A stretch of 64,000 nucleotides of DNA from an uncultured Bacteroidales bacterium (GTDB lineage: Bacteria > Bacteroidota > Bacteroidia > Bacteroidales > WCHB1-69): contig ONAB01000001.1 in NCBI GenBank assembly GCA_900315705.1, positions 143,178-207,177 on the forward strand, written 5' to 3'. Below the pieces are notes generated by a model. It was given only the letters and a program-made list of their open reading frames with translations. It ran no database searches and was not told the origin of the DNA. Positions within the stretch are counted from its first letter, which is position 1. Each line of letters opens with the position of its first letter. The translations under genes and the position numbers were made by a program. This document shows, in pieces, positions 47,852 through 56,742 of this stretch.

Positions 47852-49768
47852 ATGAATAACCCGATTAAGAAGCTATATCTGAAGATGCGGAAAATGCACA
47901 TCACCCCGCCCTGGCTGGTGATGGTCATTGACTTGTTGTGGGTGGCATTGTCCATCTTCCTGACCCTTTTTATCCGCGATAACTTCCAGTTTCCCACGCA
48001 TTTGTATTTCTCCGACTGGGTCTATACCCCGATACTGCTTTTGCTGACAAGGTTTTTCTTCTTCGAGGTTTTCGAGACTCATCATCTGGTGATTCGCTAC
48101 ACCAACACGAACGATGTGGTGAAGCTCTTCTGGTCGTGTCTGGCCGGCACGGGCGCCATTGCGGTCATCAATTTAGTGGATTACATATTGACGAAGCATT
48201 TCTTAGTGCCCACCTCTGTGCTGGTGATGGAGTTTTTCATCACGATGGTGTTCCTGGTATTCTACCGTTTCGCCTTCAAACTTTATTATTTGGAGACGAT
48301 GAACCCCTCCAAGCGGCGCAAGAACATCGTCATCTTCGGCGCGGGCGCGTCGGGTGTCACCACCAAGCGCACCATCGACCGTGACAACGCCTCCAAATAC
48401 AATGTGCTGGCCTTCTTCGACGAGGATGAGAACAAAATCGGGATGCAGTTGGAATCGCTGCCCGTGTTCGAGTTCCAACATTTGGAGGAGTTTCTCCGCG
48501 ACAACAACGTCTCCTTCCTCATCATTGCCGTTCAGAAAATTACCAATGCCAAGATCAAGGAAATCACGGAGTTGGCTTTGCCGTACAACGTGAAGGTGCT
48601 CAAGGTGCCGCCCGTGTCGCGTTGGCTGAACGGCAACCTGAGTTTCAAGCAGATCAAGAAGGTGCGCATTGAGGACCTGCTCGAGCGCAACCCCATCCAG
48701 CTGGACCTCTCCCTGCTCAACCCGGAGTTGAACGGCCAGACCATAATGATCACGGGCGCGGCGGGTTCTATCGGCAGCGAGATTGTGCGCCAGCTGCTGA
48801 AATTCTCCTATAAGAAACTCATCCTCATCGACGAGGCCGAGACGCCCTGTTTCTTCCTCGAGGGCGAGATTATGAAAATCAACGGGATGGACCGTGTGAA
48901 TATGCACATCTTTGACATCTGCGACGAGCGGCAGTTGGAGAAGATGATGCTGCTTTACAAGCCCGATGTCATCTACCACGCGGCGGCCTACAAGCACGTG
49001 CCGATGATGGAGAAAAACGTGCGCTCCGCTGTGAAGGTCAACGTGGGCGGCACCAAGTCGCTGGCCGACCTGGCCGTGCGATGCGGCACCAAGAAGTTCG
49101 TGATGGTCTCCACCGACAAGGCGGTGAACCCCACCAATGTGATGGGCGCCTCCAAGCGCATTGCCGAGATGTACGTGCAGGCCCTCAACTTCCAGCAAGA
49201 CACCACGCGTTTCATCACCACCCGTTTCGGCAATGTGCTCGACTCCAACGGCTCGGTCATCCCCATCTTCCGCCAGCAGATTGAAAACGGCGGTCCCATC
49301 ACGGTGACGCACCCCGACATCACGCGCTATTTTATGACCATTGCGGAGGCCTGCCAGCTGGTCATCACCGCCGGCGCGATGGGCAAGGGCGGCGAAATCT
49401 TCATCTTCGATATGGGCAAGTCCATACGCATCAGCGACCTGGCCAAGAAGATGGTGCAGCTCTCCGGCCTGACCCTTGACAAAGACATCTCCATACAATA
49501 CACCGGCCTGCGTCCGGGCGAGAAACTTTACGAGGAACTGCTCGCCAATGAGGAAAACACGACGAAGACCGAACATAAGAAGATTATGATTGCCAAGGTG
49601 CGCACCTGCAAGTATGATGAGTTGTTGCCAAAAGTTGAGAAACTGTTGCAGCACCAGAACGAGGACGAGTTCACCATTGTGGCCGATATGAAAGATATTG
49701 TGGAGGAGTACAAAAGCCAGAATTCCGTTTTTGAAGTCATTGACAACCAAGAGAAAAAGCCATTATGA
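47852..49768 (+). CDS. CapD/PglF/WbpM-family membrane-anchored nucleotide-sugar 4,6-dehydratase/epimerase
   Basis: The ATG at 47852 gives MNNPIKK.. followed by 4 TM helices. The first Rossmann motif is IFGAGASG. The SDR part carries ITGAAGSIGSEI and YHAAAYKHVP. Confidence 0.85.
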   Translation: MNNPIKKLYLKMRKMHITPPWLVMVIDLLWVALSIFLTLFIRDNFQFPTHLYFSDWVYTPILLLLTRFFFFEVFETHHLVIRYTNTNDVVKLFWSCLAGTGAIAVINLVDYILTKHFLVPTSVLVMEFFITMVFLVFYRFAFKLYYLETMNPSKRRKNIVIFGAGASGVTTKRTIDRDNASKYNVLAFFDEDENKIGMQLESLPVFEFQHLEEFLRDNNVSFLIIAVQKITNAKIKEITELALPYNVKVLKVPPVSRWLNGNLSFKQIKKVRIEDLLERNPIQLDLSLLNPELNGQTIMITGAAGSIGSEIVRQLLKFSYKKLILIDEAETPCFFLEGEIMKINGMDRVNMHIFDICDERQLEKMMLLYKPDVIYHAAAYKHVPMMEKNVRSAVKVNVGGTKSLADLAVRCGTKKFVMVSTDKAVNPTNVMGASKRIAEMYVQALNFQQDTTRFITTRFGNVLDSNGSVIPIFRQQIENGGPITVTHPDITRYFMTIAEACQLVITAGAMGKGGEIFIFDMGKSIRISDLAKKMVQLSGLTLDKDISIQYTGLRPGEKLYEELLANEENTTKTEHKKIMIAKVRTCKYDELLPKVEKLLQHQNEDEFTIVADMKDIVEEYKSQNSVFEVIDNQEKKPL

Positions 49769-50733
49769 CGAAGAACTTTGCCATACTCGGGGTGGGCGGC
49801 TACGTGGCCCCGCGCCATCTGAAGGCCATTGCCGACACGCAGAACACGCTGTTGGCCGCCTACGACACTTCCGACAGCGTCGGAATATTGGACAGCTATT
49901 TCCCGTCCGCTTCGTTCTTCACGGAGATGGAGCTCTTCGACCGGCACTGCACCAAGTTCAAGAGCGGTGGCGGCAATCTTGACTTTGTTTCTGTCTGCAC
50001 GCCCAACTATCTGCACGACGCGCACACGCGCTATGCGTTGCGCCTCGGCGCGGATGTGATTTGCGAGAAGCCTCTTGTGCTCAATCCGTGGAATCTGGAC
50101 GGGCTTCGTTATACCGAGGAGCAGACGGGGCACAAGGTCAACAACATCCTGCAGTTGCGTCTTCATCCCTCCATCATAGCCCTGAAGGAGAAAATTGACA
50201 AAGGGCCTCAGGACAAGATTTACGACGTGGATCTGACCTACATCACCTCCCGGGGGTATTGGTATTATGCCTCCTGGAAGGGGGATGTGCGCAAGAGCGG
50301 CGGCATCGCTACCAACATCGGCATCCATTTTCTGGATATGCTGGTGTACATCTTCGGCGGTGTGGAGCGGAGTGTGGTGCATTTATCGACCCACGACCGT
50401 GTGGCGGGGCTCTTGTTGCTGAAGCGCGCGCGTGTCCGTTATTTCCTGAGCATCAATGCCCACACGTTGCCTGAGGAGGCGGTTCGGGAGGGGTTGCGCA
50501 CCTACCGTTCCATCACCATCGGTGACGAGGCCTTCGAGTTCAGCGGCGGTTTCACAGAGTTGCACACGGAGAGTTACCGGCGCATTCTGGAGGGCCGGGG
50601 TTTTGGCCTCGACGATGCGCGTCCCTGCATTGAGTTGGCCTACGACATCCGCAATGCCGAGCCGGTGGGCCTGGTGGGCGACTACCATCCTATGGCCGCT
50701 TTGCCCACGGAGCCGCACCCGTTCGGGTGGTGA
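49765..50733 (+). CDS. Gfo/Idh/MocA-family oxidoreductase (WbpB-like sugar-nucleotide dehydrogenase guess)
   Basis: FAILGVGGYVAPRHLKAI Rossmann start and ICEKPL motif. ATGA overlap with the upstream gene. Confidence 0.75.
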   Translation: MTKNFAILGVGGYVAPRHLKAIADTQNTLLAAYDTSDSVGILDSYFPSASFFTEMELFDRHCTKFKSGGGNLDFVSVCTPNYLHDAHTRYALRLGADVICEKPLVLNPWNLDGLRYTEEQTGHKVNNILQLRLHPSIIALKEKIDKGPQDKIYDVDLTYITSRGYWYYASWKGDVRKSGGIATNIGIHFLDMLVYIFGGVERSVVHLSTHDRVAGLLLLKRARVRYFLSINAHTLPEEAVREGLRTYRSITIGDEAFEFSGGFTELHTESYRRILEGRGFGLDDARPCIELAYDIRNAEPVGLVGDYHPMAALPTEPHPFGW

Positions 50734-50896
50734 TACATTTTATGAAATCCTTTTTTTGGAATTGTTTGGGTTCTCGTTTCCACGCTGTGGTGACCTTGCG
50801 ATTTAGACAAGTTGCGTGGTTGACCGACCCCTGCGTGCCATCCCGGAAAAACTCCCCTGTGCCGAAAAAAAGTAACGAGACAATCAATCTTTTTCA

Positions 50897-50904
50897 TATT
50901 TTTG
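50897..50904 (+). promoter_or_regulatory. -7 promoter box with no ORF directly downstream
   Basis: TATTTTTG. The next credible ATG is 277 nt downstream (51181). Hairpins lie at about 50909-50927, and a terminator-like hairpin at 51111-51139 is followed by a T-rich tract. Confidence 0.4.
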
Positions 50905-51180
50905 CCCCGCTGTTCCGCAGAGAAACGGAACATCGGATTTTATTGAAAAGAAAGCGAGTTTTCGCTTATCCGTCTCGGTGAATCTGGACAATTCGCGAAT
51001 GTTAGTACGGATATCGGAAATCAAGCTTGCTTGTGAGTATTTATTGCCAAATACAAACAGGTGGGGCTTGTTCTTCAGTATCTTACTAACAGGGAGTCCA
51101 GACCCTACCGAGTGGAGACTGTAGAATGGAGGCTCCACTTTCTTTATGTGTTGTTTTGGATGAATATTGTTAAACCCGTT

Positions 51181-51471
51181 ATGAAGATTCACGCAGGCAA
51201 GAAAATAAAGGAACACTTTGTGGCATCAGGTCTGAGCGTAAGCGAGTTCGCGCGCAGGCTGAACTGCCACCGGCAAAACGTTTACGACATCTTCCGGCGG
51301 GAGGTCATTGACGTGGGGCTGCTGCAGCGCATCTCGCGTGTGCTGGAGCACGACTTCGTGTCGGAAATCTACTCCCCAAAACAGACCTCCAAAGTCACCC
51401 TTAAATTTGCCGTCACCGTGGAAATTGAGAACGGCGAACATAAAGTGACAGATGTGAAACCGCTTCCGTGA
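51181..51471 (+). CDS. small XRE-like helix-turn-helix protein
   Basis: KIKEHFVASGLSVSEFARRLNCHRQNVYDIFRRE is a classic HTH_3-like pattern. It is GC-rich like the host genes. 96 aa from the ATG at 51181. Confidence 0.65.
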   Translation: MKIHAGKKIKEHFVASGLSVSEFARRLNCHRQNVYDIFRREVIDVGLLQRISRVLEHDFVSEIYSPKQTSKVTLKFAVTVEIENGEHKVTDVKPLP

Positions 51472-51527
51472 CTAGTGTAATGGGATTTATTACATATCTG
51501 TATGGCGGAATTGTACAGTTCGGGTTG

Positions 51528-51535
51528 TAATTTTG
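51528..51535 (+). promoter_or_regulatory. -7 promoter box, candidate promoter of the AT-rich operon
   Basis: TAATTTTG lies 63 nt upstream of the ATG at 51598. Confidence 0.4.
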
Positions 51536-51597
51536 CAGGTTGAAAAAATTGAACAGAATTGGCGAATATTATTTATTAACAAACAATAGTTATTATT

Positions 51598-52701
51598 ATG
51601 AATAACAACAACTTTTTAAAAATTTTCTCAATCATCGCTTTCGTGGCGTTTATGTTGGTGAGTTGCTGGGCAACAGTGGAATCCTTGCACATGAGCCTGG
51701 TATGGCCTAAACCGTTTTTCTGGGTGGTGGCAATAGGCCTATTCGTTATTTCTTCATTGGGCACCAAACTCATTGTGGATAGTTTCAACCAGCGGATTAG
51801 AGTTGACAATAGAGGGTGGCATTTAGTCGGTGGAATAGTTCTCTTGTTGATTTTTTGGGTTATGTTTAGTTTGCCGACTAACACGCATACATTTTTCTAC
51901 AATGCCAAAATTAGAACAGTTGTTCAGGGAGATATAAAAAGAACGGAATATTATTTGCAGCAATTATCCAATAATTCTAAAGTAGAGGACGCGATTAAAG
52001 CAGCGCAAACCAATTACGAGGAAAAAGTGTGGGATGCTTTTAGAGCGTTTAAAGAAGAAATAGAGAACTCAATTAATACAGGATATGGGCCTGTTGCAAA
52101 GGAACGATTGGCCGATTTGAATGCTGTTTTAGGTGGTGAGCCTCTGAAACTTTTGTCGGGGAATTTTTCTTCGGCTATTAAAAGGCAGCAGCTTATAGCA
52201 CAATATCAATCTATGGTAAACGAGAAAGTTGAGCAAAAGAAGAAAGAGATAGCTCGTTCAATGACACCGCAAGATGTTGTTACTTTTAAGACAGATGCTG
52301 ATAAAGCTCTAAAAAAATTAAAAAAAGCGGATGAAGTGATCGCTGATTACAAATCTAAAAACAAAATGATTCCATCAAAAATCTTAAGGGAGCAAATAGA
52401 ACCAATTATCAACAATGGGTATAAAGTGATTTCTGCAAATAGAGACTATGTGGATTTCTTGAAAGATGCTAAAGGTCAATATGTTGATAGGGATGTGTAC
52501 ACAGAGAAAAGAGCAGCTAATGGTGAAGTTATAGAACCGGAAACAAAGACATTGCGCATGTTTAATGTTTTATCTGTTTGGCAAGATTTCTTTAAGGGTA
52601 AATACAAAGGTATGGGCTTTTTCTACTGGATTTTGATTGCTGTTTTGGTTGACCTCGCCGGATTCATATTCTTTGATATTGCGTTCAGAAGAACAGAGTA
52701 G
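51598..52701 (+). CDS. island gene B: 4-TM membrane protein with ~245-aa helical/coiled-coil loop, no recognised family
   Basis: Hydrophobic segments lie at about aa 8-24, 38-55, 75-92 and 340-360. The K/E-rich helical region between TM3 and TM4 includes VEQKKKEIARS and KALKKLKKADEVIADYK. Confidence 0.7.
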   Translation: MNNNNFLKIFSIIAFVAFMLVSCWATVESLHMSLVWPKPFFWVVAIGLFVISSLGTKLIVDSFNQRIRVDNRGWHLVGGIVLLLIFWVMFSLPTNTHTFFYNAKIRTVVQGDIKRTEYYLQQLSNNSKVEDAIKAAQTNYEEKVWDAFRAFKEEIENSINTGYGPVAKERLADLNAVLGGEPLKLLSGNFSSAIKRQQLIAQYQSMVNEKVEQKKKEIARSMTPQDVVTFKTDADKALKKLKKADEVIADYKSKNKMIPSKILREQIEPIINNGYKVISANRDYVDFLKDAKGQYVDRDVYTEKRAANGEVIEPETKTLRMFNVLSVWQDFFKGKYKGMGFFYWILIAVLVDLAGFIFFDIAFRRTE

Positions 52702-52740
52702 TATTTGTATAGTGCAATTTATAAAAAATAAGTATAAAAA

Positions 52741-53721
52741 ATGGAAGATAATAATTTAGAAAACAACGGTTTCGATTTGGAATTTAATGAGAATGATTCC
52801 AAAAATAATTCAACAGGTGGACAAAACGACGACAACCGCAATCCAGATAATGGATTCGACCAAGGGAAGTCAAACAACCTTGGCGAAGAACGTCCCATCT
52901 CTGGGCTAACGTTCGAAGAAGAACAGGATCCCAATAAAATTCAGGTGGTCATTTCTGATCCTACTCCGATCATTGTCTTGTTCGGGGCAAGATCATCGGG
53001 AAAAACAATGACTTTGGTGCGTTTAACCCGTTGGCTGAAAGCACACGATTACCAAGTGGAACCTGACCGTAATTTCAGACCAAGCAATTCTGAATTTTAT
53101 AAAAAAATGTGTGACTCATTTGACGAAAATGTCAATAGCGACTATGCGGCAAGTCGTAACCAAATCCTTAATTTCATGTTGGTCAAAGTGATGAATAAGT
53201 ATGGTGAGCCGATATGTCAAATATTAGAAGCACCAGGCGAGCATTATTTTGATGATAAATATCCTAACAGGGAATTCCCATTATATATTAATAAGATATG
53301 TACAACGGACAATCCTAAAACATGGATGTTTATTGTGGAACGTAACTGGAAAGATGCAAAAGACAGACTCAATTACGCAAATAAGATTATAAAAATGCAG
53401 TCATTAATCGAGCCGTCAGACAGGGTGATTTTTACTTGTCACAAATCAGACTTGCATCCTGCACTTATCAATGCTGGTCAGCCTAATGTTCCTCAATTTT
53501 TCAAAGATATTAAGAATCAGTATCCTGGGATTTTCTCAAAATATGAGAACAAAAATCCGATATCAAGATTGTGGAGGAAGTATAATTTCGACTTTGTTGT
53601 GTTTTCCGCAGGTACTTTCAATGACACTGCAGATGGAGGACAATCGTATAATCCGAGCAAAGAAAGAAACCCTGTCGCGTTATGGAAAGCTATCATGAAA
53701 ACTGTGAAAGGTGGTTGGTAA
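52741..53721 (+). CDS. island gene C: P-loop NTPase with small-GTPase-like motif order and a disordered N/D/G-rich N-terminus
   Basis: G1 LFGARSSGKT. G3-like ILEAPGEH. G4-like TCHKSDL. G5-like VFSAGT. No TM helix or signal peptide. The first ~70 aa are low-complexity. Confidence 0.65.
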   Translation: MEDNNLENNGFDLEFNENDSKNNSTGGQNDDNRNPDNGFDQGKSNNLGEERPISGLTFEEEQDPNKIQVVISDPTPIIVLFGARSSGKTMTLVRLTRWLKAHDYQVEPDRNFRPSNSEFYKKMCDSFDENVNSDYAASRNQILNFMLVKVMNKYGEPICQILEAPGEHYFDDKYPNREFPLYINKICTTDNPKTWMFIVERNWKDAKDRLNYANKIIKMQSLIEPSDRVIFTCHKSDLHPALINAGQPNVPQFFKDIKNQYPGIFSKYENKNPISRLWRKYNFDFVVFSAGTFNDTADGGQSYNPSKERNPVALWKAIMKTVKGGW

Positions 53722-53743
53722 TACAGAATAGGAGGAAAGAACG

Positions 53744-55501
53744 ATGGAATTTGTCATAAGAATATATGGCGCTCCGTATGGTTTTGAATTGTATGAAGGC
53801 TCAGAACAGGAGTTGAATTATTTCCAGGTTTTTGACAACGGGAGTTTAGAACCCGTAAAAATGACTGTTCACCGTTTGAACAACAATCAAATTTCATACA
53901 ATTACTTGCGATACGGCTATGTCACGAGCGGAGGACGAACTGGCTCTTTCTTTGGCATGTCGGTTGTGTTTAACAAGTCCTATTGCTCGGAGTTTACAAG
54001 AATGTATCAACTTTTCGAGGCAGTTTATGGTACAATAGTTAAAAATGCGATTCTATTTGAAGAGCTGACGACTGAACAATGGCAAGCGAGGTACAAGATA
54101 GGTAAGTTTTCAGAAGCAGAGGATGAAATTAGGCGAATTAAGGGTGTTTTAAGTCAAAATATACAAGGGACTCTCGCAAGCAGTATTCGGTCAATAGACT
54201 TTTCATCCTCCGTTTCACGTGACAAGGAACTGCGCCTTTCTGCCAATGTGGGTAATGAATTGGTTTCCAATGCTGTAAACAAGTATAGCATTGTGACTAT
54301 TTCACCAGCATACGGTTCTAATGGTGGAGATGAAGTTGAACGAATTCCTGTTGAGGAATTGGTGAAATTTCCAATCGAAAAAAATGCCATTCTTATCAAA
54401 GCTACAGAATGGTCAAATAAGGTGAGTGCTTTCCTGATCAATTTACGTGCTCATCAAGATAACAAAAGAGATGTAAGTCCTCTTTTCCCCCAGTACAAGT
54501 CCATGATGAGCGAACTTGACGGATTTGCTGTGAAAATGGAGACGTTTTTGTCTAAAATTCAAAGATGTCATAACATTGAACCGTCTCATTCGTATTTCAG
54601 GGAGGAAGTACAAAAAGAGGTAGCTACGGCAAAAGATAACGTAAACACCCTCTTAGGATCGTTGCGATTATATAAAGATTCATTTGAAAAAGGTGATGGT
54701 CCAAAAGGCGAAGGTGGTGGAACAGATAAACCTGATGGACCTTCTGCTTTTGAAAAATTTATTCACAAAAATCAAAAGCTGCTAATATCGTTAGGTGTTT
54801 TTTTGTGTTTGATTGTAGGAGGAGTTACAATCTACAACATTTCGCGGAATGATAATCCGGAAGGTTCCAAAGGCCCTATTATAGATACGACAGTAGAAAC
54901 TCCAGAACAGGAGCCCCCCGTAACTCTGAATAAAGATTCTCTTAAGCAAAAAGCATTAGAAAAGTTTAATGCTGGGGAATATGGTGAAGCGTATAAGGAT
55001 TATGTTGAAGCAAATGAAATAACGCTGGCGACAGATTGCAAAAATGAATGCATGAAGGAAGCAAAGAAAAAAAATACTAAAGACGCTGCTATAAAGTATT
55101 TTAAGGATGAAATGGCGAAAGGCGGTTATACTATGACTGATCAAGACCAGAATGTGATAAAAAATGCTTTCCCTGCCAACGCCGTAGATAAAACCTCCGC
55201 CTCCCAGAATCCTAATGAACAAAAAGTTAGTTTTACAGTAAAACAAAAGGGAATAGGAGATATTACCAAATCAAAAGAAGTCGTTTTAGGAAAGAAAGAA
55301 ACAAATTTGGTTACCATAGAATATAATCCAAAAGATGCAAATGTGACATGTAAGGTTAATGGTGTTTTCAAAACAAAAGATCCTGGTCAGGAACGCTACT
55401 CTTTCAGAGTGGGTGAAGCCGTCAAATACGAAATTGAATGTTTTGTCGATGGGCGTTCTGTGTTCAAGAAAACTTATACACGTCAAGATGCTATACAATA
55501 A
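53744..55501 (+). CDS. island gene D: single-TM membrane protein with N-terminal domain shared with gene H, central TM, TPR-like plus beta-rich C-terminal part
   Basis: The N-terminus is MEFVIRIYGAPYGFELYEG... The TM is LLISLGVFLCLIVGGVTIYNI at about aa 345-365. The C-terminal region carries ALEKFNAGEYGEAYKDYVEA. Confidence 0.7.
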   Translation: MEFVIRIYGAPYGFELYEGSEQELNYFQVFDNGSLEPVKMTVHRLNNNQISYNYLRYGYVTSGGRTGSFFGMSVVFNKSYCSEFTRMYQLFEAVYGTIVKNAILFEELTTEQWQARYKIGKFSEAEDEIRRIKGVLSQNIQGTLASSIRSIDFSSSVSRDKELRLSANVGNELVSNAVNKYSIVTISPAYGSNGGDEVERIPVEELVKFPIEKNAILIKATEWSNKVSAFLINLRAHQDNKRDVSPLFPQYKSMMSELDGFAVKMETFLSKIQRCHNIEPSHSYFREEVQKEVATAKDNVNTLLGSLRLYKDSFEKGDGPKGEGGGTDKPDGPSAFEKFIHKNQKLLISLGVFLCLIVGGVTIYNISRNDNPEGSKGPIIDTTVETPEQEPPVTLNKDSLKQKALEKFNAGEYGEAYKDYVEANEITLATDCKNECMKEAKKKNTKDAAIKYFKDEMAKGGYTMTDQDQNVIKNAFPANAVDKTSASQNPNEQKVSFTVKQKGIGDITKSKEVVLGKKETNLVTIEYNPKDANVTCKVNGVFKTKDPGQERYSFRVGEAVKYEIECFVDGRSVFKKTYTRQDAIQ

Positions 55502-55553
55502 TTATGAATATTAACAGATTTTTATTAATTATGAATATTAACAGATTTTTATT
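55500..55553 (+). repeat. perfect 27-bp tandem duplication spanning the start codon of gene E
   Basis: aattatgaatattaacagatttttatt occurs at 55500-55526 and again at 55527-55553. This gives two in-frame ATGs (55504, 55531) and the peptide repeat MNINRFLLI/MNINRFLLC. Confidence 0.95.
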
Positions 55554-56223
55554 GTGCATAGTATTAATAGGCATGTTTTTCCCTATTTCAGCCCAAACAA
55601 CAGACACAATTCTGAGGTATGAAATATGCTTAGATACAGTTTTGGCGAAAACTAATCTCAAAATGGTTACATACAGAGATAGGAAGGTCTATAAAGCACC
55701 TGTCCATGCGGTGGATTCTGTATGGTTTAAGGAGGGGGCTCTATTTGTGAGATGCATGAATAGTCCGGATGTTATAGAGAATATTTCAAAAAAAATTGCT
55801 CAAGCTGTAACGGTCTGTGAGTTTAGCAATGTAACAACGAAACATTATCAGGTAGAGTCTTCATCACCTCAATTATCAAAATATGATGTCTCTATTGATG
55901 AGTTTTTAAATATCGAAGATTCCACAATTTTTACTTCAAAATTCAGGGCTTTAGAAAAAAGTCAGATTCATCCGCGCAGCTATAAATACTACTGCTTGAT
56001 TGCTGAAATCCATCAAATATATGTAAAAATGGAATCTTTAAGTCAATTAAATTGGACAGAAAAAAATAAGGCTGATAAAGTGATGGATGAATTATATACC
56101 CTTTTTGAAAACATCACAAACAAGTTTAAAACCGAACGAGAAGAATATTTGACACCCTCCCAAAAGACGTTTTATGAGAATAAGCTCAAACTTTTTAAGA
56201 AATTGTACTATGCGGACAATTAA
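55504..56223 (+). CDS. island gene E: secreted hypothetical protein
   Basis: The signal peptide is ..LLCIVLIGMFFPISAQ. The alternative start at 55531 removes the duplicated 9 aa. No motif was recognised. Confidence 0.65.
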   Translation: MNINRFLLIMNINRFLLCIVLIGMFFPISAQTTDTILRYEICLDTVLAKTNLKMVTYRDRKVYKAPVHAVDSVWFKEGALFVRCMNSPDVIENISKKIAQAVTVCEFSNVTTKHYQVESSSPQLSKYDVSIDEFLNIEDSTIFTSKFRALEKSQIHPRSYKYYCLIAEIHQIYVKMESLSQLNWTEKNKADKVMDELYTLFENITNKFKTEREEYLTPSQKTFYENKLKLFKKLYYADN

Positions 56224-56734
56224 ATGGTGTTTCTTTTTTCTCTTCTTTTTCTTTCTATCTTGCCATTCGAATCAGCAGGATTATTCCTGGTCATACTTCG
56301 ATTACGAAGAAACAGAAGAGGTTGAGCAAAACGAAAAGGTAGATTACATCCCCGTGCCTTACAAAGAATCCTTCGACAACACGATTGTGATTCCTGTGAA
56401 GATCAATGGCGTAGGGTTGGATATGATATTCGATACAGGAGCGTCTTCTACATGCATAACAGTGGCAGAAGCACAATATCTGTACGACAAAGGACGCCTT
56501 TCCGATGAGGATATTTTGGATCTTCAGGCTTATCAAACTGCCGATGGAAATATCAGCGTGGGCTTACGTATTATTTTAAGAGAGGTTGCCATTGGAGAAT
56601 CTATTCAGTTAAATAATGTGGAAGCACTTGTGGTAGAAGACCAACTGGCACCACTTCTTCTCGGCCAATCAGTTTTGAAGAACTTTAAAGAGGTATCGGT
56701 TGACAGAAAAAATAGAGTTGTTAAATTCTATTAA
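56210..56734 (+). CDS. island gene F: lipoprotein with retropepsin-like (clan AA) aspartic protease domain
   Basis: The ATG at 56210 gives MRTIKWCFFFLFFFFLSC (lipobox). VKINGVGLDMIFDTGASSTCITVAEAQYL is followed by ..LLLGQSVLKNF, typical of bacterial gag-type aspartyl proteases. Confidence 0.75.
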   Translation: MRTIKWCFFFLFFFFLSCHSNQQDYSWSYFDYEETEEVEQNEKVDYIPVPYKESFDNTIVIPVKINGVGLDMIFDTGASSTCITVAEAQYLYDKGRLSDEDILDLQAYQTADGNISVGLRIILREVAIGESIQLNNVEALVVEDQLAPLLLGQSVLKNFKEVSVDRKNRVVKFY

Positions 56735-56742
56735 TTAGTATT

